Positions 58,221 to 64,000 of a DNA stretch of 64,000 bases are shown here, in pieces (within the stretch, counting starts at the first letter, position 1; each line of letters starts with the position of its first letter). A program made the position numbers and the translations under genes. Source of the DNA: a virus. The notes below the pieces were generated by a model. The model was not told the origin of the DNA, made no database searches, and was given only the letters and a program-made list of their open reading frames with translations. Location of the stretch: positions 49,654 through 113,653 of the IMG/VR virus record IMGVR_UViG_3300035670_000060; one strand, written 5' to 3'.

Positions 58221-58503
58221 TATATATCTCCAGAAAATTGTAAAAGTTGATCACCCGGTCCACACTGTTAGCCCACCGGTCAAATTCAGCCTTGGAGCAA
58301 CTAATGTCTACAAAAAAGTCTGGCCAACCCCACCAGCGAAACCGGTAGAGTCGGTTACCCTTTTCTGCTATGCAGCCATACTTAAAAAAGTCTCGGCTCA
58401 CCTTGAAGCCACGGCGCTTTAGGAGCGTCTTGAATTGACTAGGGCTCATGCCCCAAAGCCGATCCCGGCTTGGCTTAGAGCCACGATACTTAAACCTGCT
58501 CAT
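58207..58503 (-). CDS. Basic hypothetical early protein
   Basis: MSRFKYRG start after SD GGAG. Confidence 0.6.
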   Translation of the reverse strand: MSRFKYRGSKPSRDRLWGMSPSQFKTLLKRRGFKVSRDFFKYGCIAEKGNRLYRFRWWGWPDFFVDISCSKAEFDRWANSVDRVINFYNFLEIYNVEG

Positions 58504-58798
58504 ATAAATCTCCGTAATCGATGGTTGGTTCTGGGAACGTAATGGCACCATCAAATTCAAGCTGGCTCCGCTCAAAGGATGACATCCAATCGTCGGATTC
58601 CACATGCCATGTGATTACGTATTCCTCCGCAAAGGAATTACTATAGGCGACACCGGATGCTTCCACCACAGCATTGAAGTCCACATTGAGTGGCACATTG
58701 GTAACTTTGTAGGAAGTACCACCCTTAGCCTTCCAGTGAGGCTTATCCTCGGTACCGTAGTTTTCAAGGTATTGTGTTTCAATAACGAGGATTGCCAT
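58490..58798 (-). CDS. Conserved phage hypothetical protein
   Basis: LVIETQYLENYG..HWKAKGG; SD AAGGAG. Confidence 0.7.
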   Translation of the reverse strand: MAILVIETQYLENYGTEDKPHWKAKGGTSYKVTNVPLNVDFNAVVEASGVAYSNSFAEEYVITWHVESDDWMSSFERSQLEFDGAITFPEPTIDYGDLYEQV

Positions 58799-58808
58799 AA
58801 CTTACTCC

Positions 58809-58976
58809 TTAGTATGGTTTAACAGTCCGGACCATTTCGGAATCTTTGCCGGGCACATTCACGAAGATTGCACACTCAAAGCCAAGGTCCATTGCGTGGG
58901 CTACCGCAGCATCAAGGTTGTCAAAAGTACCCTTGTAGATACCGAAATTAATCATCAGGACGGAGTAGGTTGTCAT
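58809..58976 (-). CDS. Hypothetical early protein
   Basis: MTTYSVLM after SD AAGGAA. Confidence 0.6.
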   Translation of the reverse strand: MTTYSVLMINFGIYKGTFDNLDAAVAHAMDLGFECAIFVNVPGKDSEMVRTVKPY

Positions 58977-59050
58977 GCTCAAAGTTCCTTTCAAAATCAC
59001 CATAACTCTATTATACGCTCACGGCTGAGAATGTCAACCGTGTTGCGAAA

Positions 59051-59329
59051 TTACAACAGGTCAACCTGAACATCAATTTCCATCCGCTTGTTGTCAGGAC
59101 CGTATACAGTCTGGCGACCAGCCAGCCCAGTAGGAATCGGCGTACCACGAGCCGTCGCACCACGGATCGAGACTGCTAAGCCAGTCAGGATGCCAGTCAC
59201 GGCAATGCGCTGGTGAGTGTATACCATATCAAAAACACCAGCGACGGTAGTCACGAAGCCAACGCCATCGCAAATTACACGGACTTTCTGAGTATTTTTG
59301 AGACCGGTTACAAAGTTCTTGGTACGCAT
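59051..59329 (-). CDS. Hypothetical early protein (cassette)
   Basis: Own boxed promoter and SD. Confidence 0.7.
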   Translation of the reverse strand: MRTKNFVTGLKNTQKVRVICDGVGFVTTVAGVFDMVYTHQRIAVTGILTGLAVSIRGATARGTPIPTGLAGRQTVYGPDNKRMEIDVQVDLL

Positions 59330-59403
59330 TTCAAATTTCCTTTAAGAATCAATCAACAAAATCTATTGTACTCGGATCCTGGTATATGTCAACCATGTTG
59401 TTT

Positions 59404-59643
59404 TTAGGCAACGGTCTCAGTCCACACCAGCATACCTTTTCCTTTTTTGCGAGTGATAAGTCTAATTCCACGGGCTAAAAGGGCTTTTCTCGGCAAGTCA
59501 CAGCGGCCTTTTGGAAACAATATAGGATAATCAGGACCAAGAGTATAATGGTGGAGCATCAAATCAATTGCAAGTGGACCCATATTACCTGCAATTTCAG
59601 CAGGAAGTTTAGTGAATTCTGGTTTAATGTAGAATCGAGCCAT
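59404..59643 (-). CDS. Hypothetical early protein (cassette)
   Basis: Flanked by near-identical ~86-bp promoter repeats. Confidence 0.7.
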   Translation of the reverse strand: MARFYIKPEFTKLPAEIAGNMGPLAIDLMLHHYTLGPDYPILFPKGRCDLPRKALLARGIRLITRKKGKGMLVWTETVA

Positions 59644-59717
59644 TTCAAATTTCCTTTAAGAATCAATCAACAAAATCTATTGTACTCGGATACTGGTAAA
59701 TGTCAATCATGTTGTTT

Positions 59718-59948
59718 TTAGGCAACAATTTCCTTACAAAACCAACCTTCACGCTCAATCTTGCGTTTAGCGTTAAGCATGGTTTGGCGAAGTTTCAAAA
59801 CTTCTTTAGTATGTGGAGCATTTATACCACCAAAATCTTTCAAGGCAAGTAATGCGCCATCACGCTTTTTATAAGTTTTTACAGCATCGGTTGGGATCAA
59901 GAATACTTTGTTAAAGATTGGGCTAGTGTAAAGAACTTTTTCCATCAT
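59718..59948 (-). CDS. Hypothetical early protein (cassette)
   Basis: MMEKVLY start after SD GGAG. Confidence 0.65.
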   Translation of the reverse strand: MMEKVLYTSPIFNKVFLIPTDAVKTYKKRDGALLALKDFGGINAPHTKEVLKLRQTMLNAKRKIEREGWFCKEIVA

Positions 59949-60014
59949 TTGCTCCGTTATCAATCAACAAAATCTATTGTACTCGGATTCTGGTATATGT
60001 CAACCATGTTGTTT

Positions 60015-60185
60015 TTATGCAACAAGGTACTCCAATTCTTTCCTTGCTTCATCTTCGGTGTCAAAGCCACTGGCATCATAACTGCCATCATAGAGTTTAA
60101 CATAGTAGCCGCCAACTCCTGGGCTGTGATCCACGTCCAAGCCATACTCACCAACACCTTCTATAACGTAGATTGCTTGATCCAT
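60015..60185 (-). CDS. Acidic 56-aa early protein (below ORF-track cutoff)
   Basis: MDQAIYVIEGVGEYGLDVD..ELEYLVA*, SD AAGGAG, own promoter. Confidence 0.65.
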   Translation of the reverse strand: MDQAIYVIEGVGEYGLDVDHSPGVGGYYVKLYDGSYDASGFDTEDEARKELEYLVA

Positions 60186-60249
60186 TTAGTGCTCCTTGTT
60201 ATCTACCATAACTACATGGTATCACCAAACCAATACCGAGTCAACCATG

Positions 60250-60642
60250 TTACGCTAAAGCAACAGCTTCATCAATCATACGGATCTTTTTGGCAATGCC
60301 AGCCAGTTCATCAGCATGGTCCGAGTTGGTTTCATCAAGGGAATCGTAGATTTCGGTGAGGACCATACGCTCCTCCATCATGTTGCCAACATCAGCACCA
60401 ATGTAAGGATTGTCTGGTTTTGCTTTGGGTGCAAAGGAAGCGGCTGGCTTCCATGTGATTTTGTTGAAGAACCAATCAGGGACCGTCACCTTTACTTTGT
60501 AGTCGGTGCCGATAAACTTAACTGAAGCAACCGAGAGTGGGATCCACGCCATACGGTCGGTAGTGGTTTCATGGAGAAGGACTGCCTTTGCAGTCTTGGC
60601 CTTGGAGACACCGAAGATATTGTAGAGGGCTACTGTACGCAT
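60250..60642 (-). CDS. Hypothetical early protein (cassette)
   Basis: KTAKAVLL..AWIPLS motif; own boxed promoter. Confidence 0.7.
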   Translation of the reverse strand: MRTVALYNIFGVSKAKTAKAVLLHETTTDRMAWIPLSVASVKFIGTDYKVKVTVPDWFFNKITWKPAASFAPKAKPDNPYIGADVGNMMEERMVLTEIYDSLDETNSDHADELAGIAKKIRMIDEAVALA

Positions 60643-60728
60643 TTCGAATTCCTTTCATCAATCAACAAAAGTAATTCTACTCTGATCCTGGTAAATGTCA
60701 ACGATGTTGCAAAAAAACAACAGCAGGT

Positions 60729-60932
60729 TTATTCGCTCTTGTAATTTACCAATACTTGTAGGCACTCCCACTGACCCCAAGTGTATGATACAACTCGGTT
60801 GTCTACTGTAACATCAAATCCTTCACCGTTGTGCCATTCGCAAACTTCCATAAAGTCATCTTCCTTGGCAAAGTGGTCATATGGTTTTAGTGTAGCAAAT
60901 CGGGATTTACGGTTATAAGTTTCAATAGTCAT
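60729..60932 (-). CDS. Hypothetical protein, paralog of 62969-63169
   Basis: MEVCEW.NGEGFDVT..TWGQWECLQVLVNYK shared. Confidence 0.7.
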   Translation of the reverse strand: MTIETYNRKSRFATLKPYDHFAKEDDFMEVCEWHNGEGFDVTVDNRVVSYTWGQWECLQVLVNYKSE

Positions 60933-61315
60933 TATATTCTCCAAAATGTTCTTTTATTTTAGTCTGAAGCAGATGCACCGAATCTTCACAGCATGGTTGG
61001 TCAAGGTAATGGAGACTGATTAGTTCATCACCAAAAAGATTCATTACATCTTGTAGAATAAGGCCAGCAAACTTTTCAATTTTTATATTGATCCCATCTG
61101 ATTTGTATCTCATCAAATCAGCCTGTAGGGCTAGTTCTAGTATTCGATTGTTCATGGACGATACTCCAATTTGATACACTTCCAGCCATTACGTTTACAC
61201 CACCATAGATTATATAACGCCTTAAGTAAACTCTCGCCTCGGTAAATCTCCAACCAGTAAAAGTGGTCACTGCCCACTGCTGATTCCCATACTTTAACTT
61301 CGTAGGTATTTCCCA

Positions 61316-61528
61316 TTACCAGTCCCTGTGGTCAGTTATGGTGACAACAAAATCACCATCGGTGTCTTTGTGAGTGATTTGGAAGGTGGCTCTAAGTTCA
61401 TAACCAATACCTGAGTCTTCATCATGTTGAGTAAGAGTAACAAATCCTACATCACCGGTTTGATGTATGGTATCAAAGAGTTCTTTAATTCTCTCTATTT
61501 CTCGCTTACATAATCTAATGATGTTCAT
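61316..61528 (-). CDS. Hypothetical protein, paralog of 62773-62964
   Basis: Shared I..I.E, GIG, terminal DW. Confidence 0.65.
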   Translation of the reverse strand: MNIIRLCKREIERIKELFDTIHQTGDVGFVTLTQHDEDSGIGYELRATFQITHKDTDGDFVVTITDHRDW

Positions 61529-62772
61529 GGTTTAAATCCAAAAAATCTTCGCACTTTGTAAATCCAAGAATTGTTTTTTCGTTCTTGTTGCAATTTCATT
61601 TGATAATCTATAACCTCAATCGCTTCGCTAAAGTCAATAGGTACACCCATGCGAACCTTATCACTTAGCATTTCTAAGCGTTCATCTTTCATTCTTCAAC
61701 TCCGAAATGTTGTTTAATCTTCTCGCTGGCATTGTGTAAAACCCAAACAAATAGGTCGCTATCTTCTTCAGGGTCGGCCATGTCATCCACAACTTGGATA
61801 CTTTCCCTAACAATCAACTCGGCGAACTTTTCTGTATCAAAATATGTAAATCGTTCCAAGCCCATTATTCCTGGAGTGAACCCAGCCTCTTTAGCAAGTT
61901 CTCTAATTCGTTCGTTCATCGATGATATACTCCCTTCAATAGATCAGGTCTGTATTCCCATTGCCAAAAATCGGCTAGGCCACACATATGGTTGGTAGGA
62001 AAGTACCAGACTTTTCTATATCCAATATGCTGCATAAACTTATCCCAGTACCACCTAATCATCCTTCAACTCCGAAATGTTTTAGTAAATCATCAGAATG
62101 TTCGCCCTGTCTTGATTCCCAATAGTCTATTCTGTTAGCACATTCCCGAACAATCAACAGGGCGAACTTTTCAAATACCCATTCACAATCTTTGAAGTCA
62201 CCATGTGGATTAGATTGAATCATAAGTTCTCTAATTCGTTCGTTCATTCTCCAACTCCGAAATGTTGTTGGATTCCTCTGGCAATCTGCTCTTGGCTAGG
62301 AGGCACAACCCATCTTGTTTCTTTAGCCACATCAGCACATTCCCGAATAATCAACTCGGCGAACTTTTCTAGGTGCTTTTCATCCTCGCCAACGCCTTCG
62401 TTGATCTCATAGTATTCCCAAGTGCCAGACTGCTTGGCAAGTTCTCGAATTCGTTCGTTCATTCCTTGTCCCCATATAGAGCACTATGTAATCTTTCCAT
62501 TCTTTCAGCAGCCATAATCAATAACATCTTCAATGCTATATTATCTTGGCTTTCACTAGCCTTACGTAGGGTATTAATTAGTTCTTGATTGGTCATCATC
62601 AACTCCGAAATGTTTTAAGATACCCAAGCCAATCTCTGGTTGTCCGAGTTCTGCTGATCGCTTGGCACATTGCCGAACAATCAACTCAGCGAACATCTCT
62701 TTATCAAAATGAAGCCCGTCTAATCGTTGATCCACGCACTGTTCAGCGAGGTCTTTCCATCGGTTATTCATG

Positions 62773-62964
62773 TTACCAATCCTCTACACTATTAATATCA
62801 ATAGTAAATTTCCCTTGTGTTCCTTCAATTTGTGTATGTATTGTCATAGTAATGATACTACCAATACCAGTCTGTTCACTTTCATGAATTTCAAAAAATA
62901 GAATGTCAGGAAATTTATCTAACACTTCTTGTATCTTAGCAATATCTTTTCTTCGGAAAATCAT
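62773..62964 (-). CDS. Hypothetical protein, paralog of 61316-61528
   Basis: GIGSII..DINSVEDW. Confidence 0.6.
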   Translation of the reverse strand: MIFRRKDIAKIQEVLDKFPDILFFEIHESEQTGIGSIITMTIHTQIEGTQGKFTIDINSVEDW

Positions 62965-62968
62965 CTGT

Positions 62969-63169
62969 CTAATCCTTATAATTTACCAATACTTGTAGGC
63001 ATTCCCATTGACCCCAAGTAAAACTGAAATGTCGGTTGTCTATTGTCACATCAAATCCTTCACCATTTTTCCACTCACATACTTCCATATAACTATTCTT
63101 ATCACCAAATGGATCGTACGGTTTGAGTTCCGAGAATTTAGCCTTTCGGTCATAAGTTTCAATTGTCAT
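62969..63169 (-). CDS. Hypothetical protein, paralog of 60729-60932
   Basis: MTIETYDRK.. near-duplicate. Confidence 0.7.
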   Translation of the reverse strand: MTIETYDRKAKFSELKPYDPFGDKNSYMEVCEWKNGEGFDVTIDNRHFSFTWGQWECLQVLVNYKD

Positions 63170-64000
63170 TTTTAACTCCAAAATGGTCCATAATTTTAGA
63201 TTGAAGGAGGGTCACTGCGTCCTCGCAGCATGGTTGTTCAAGATAATGTAGACTAATTCGTTCGTCGCCAAATAGGTTTAATACATCCTGCACAATTAGG
63301 TTGGCAAATTTTTCTAATTCTGCTCCATCCGACACTACATACATCTTATCAAATTTTGGAAAACCAGCCTCTAATATCAGGTATTTTATTCGGTCGTTCA
63401 TTTTCTATACACCAAACTTTTTGTAGGTTGGTTAGTAATGGGGCAAGTGTAATACATAACATCACGCCCTTGTATATCTTCCTCAACGTTAAGAAATTCT
63501 ACCTCAGTGGTCGAATGGTTCTCGCCACATTCAGTACAAATTACAATAAATCGTTCGTTCATCATACTTTCCTATTAAGTATAAATCCAACAAAATATAT
63601 AAAGAAAGCCTTTCCAACCCTCTTCATTTCCTTGTAATAATATTTACGGTATGTCATGTCACTTCAAAATGTTCTTTTATTTCCATGGCTACTTCGACCA
63701 TGCCATCATTTTCTAACTTCTGACAACATTCTCTCACAATCAACTCGGCGAACTTTTGTAAATCAATCGCCGCATACAATTTATCACCAAGTTGCGGATA
63801 AACATTATCTTTCCATTCAACTCTACCCCAATTACCGATTGTTGCAATAGGACCTAATTTATTAGCAAGTTTCTGAATTCGTTCGTTCATTCTTCAACTC
63901 CGAAATGTGATTCTAAATCATATACAAGGAGATCAAATGCCTGCGTGACATTTTGCTGATCTTCCCCAGCAAACTGCTGCCGTGATCTTACTCGGTAAAT

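Larger units (their letters stand above)
57978..60722 (-). promoter_or_regulatory. Seven sigma70 early promoters each with TGTTG-N8-CAACA box 3 nt upstream of -35
   Basis: Boxes at 58009, 59041, 59396, 59710, 60007, 60248, 60705; TTGACA/TTGACT with TACAAT/TATAAT/TAGAAT/TACCAT. Confidence 0.88.
60922..64000 (-). repeat. Array of >=8 MNERI..KFAELI..HFGVEE paralogous small genes interleaved with unrelated small ORFs
   Basis: Members 60922-61155, 61689-61919, 62059-62247, 62244-62462, 62574-62771, 63159-63401, 63654-63890, 63887->64000. Confidence 0.85.

Noticed and set aside
59960-60157. 65-aa minus ORF from the track
   Set aside because: Runs through a promoter; the overlapping frame 60015-60185 has the SD and fits the cassette pattern
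1-64000. Stop-codon reassignment
   Set aside because: Core genes are full length in the standard code

Overview
A 64-kb segment of an AT-rich T4-like (Tevenvirinae/Kyanoviridae-type layout) myophage. The tmRNA tag ANDERFALAA points to a betaproteobacterial host (inference). 1-46 kb is the virion morphogenesis region: sheath, terminase, neck, two giant Cys-rich 14-aa-repeat fibres, a VrlC-like protein, baseplate gp8/7/6/25/PAAR/5/27/53/48, gp4/2/54/26/51 and a tape-measure-like protein. 46-48.3 kb holds gp32/59/33. A sugar-modification cluster lies at 48.8-53.4 kb, followed by an outer-membrane protein gene, a permuted two-piece tmRNA gene, nucleotide/repair genes and an early region of small promoter-cassette genes and paralog arrays. 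Highlights: (1) the intervening segment of the permuted tmRNA carries an SD-led basic ORF whose stop codon lies inside the tmRNA, so tmRNA maturation would make it a non-stop mRNA (ArfA-like feedback logic); (2) a separately promoted glycosyltransferase + sulfotransferase + PAPS-synthase-like operon sits beside sequon- and Cys-rich fibres, suggesting a sulfated glycan system; (3) seven early promoters each carry an 18-bp palindromic box that usually encodes the C-terminus of the upstream gene; (4) a likely -1 frameshift joins gp26 to gp51; (5) 101 bp of neck gene gp14 is copied exactly into the baseplate gene; (6) a hypervariable MNERI..HFGVEE paralog array. All assignments come from motif recognition and synteny; no database searches were run.
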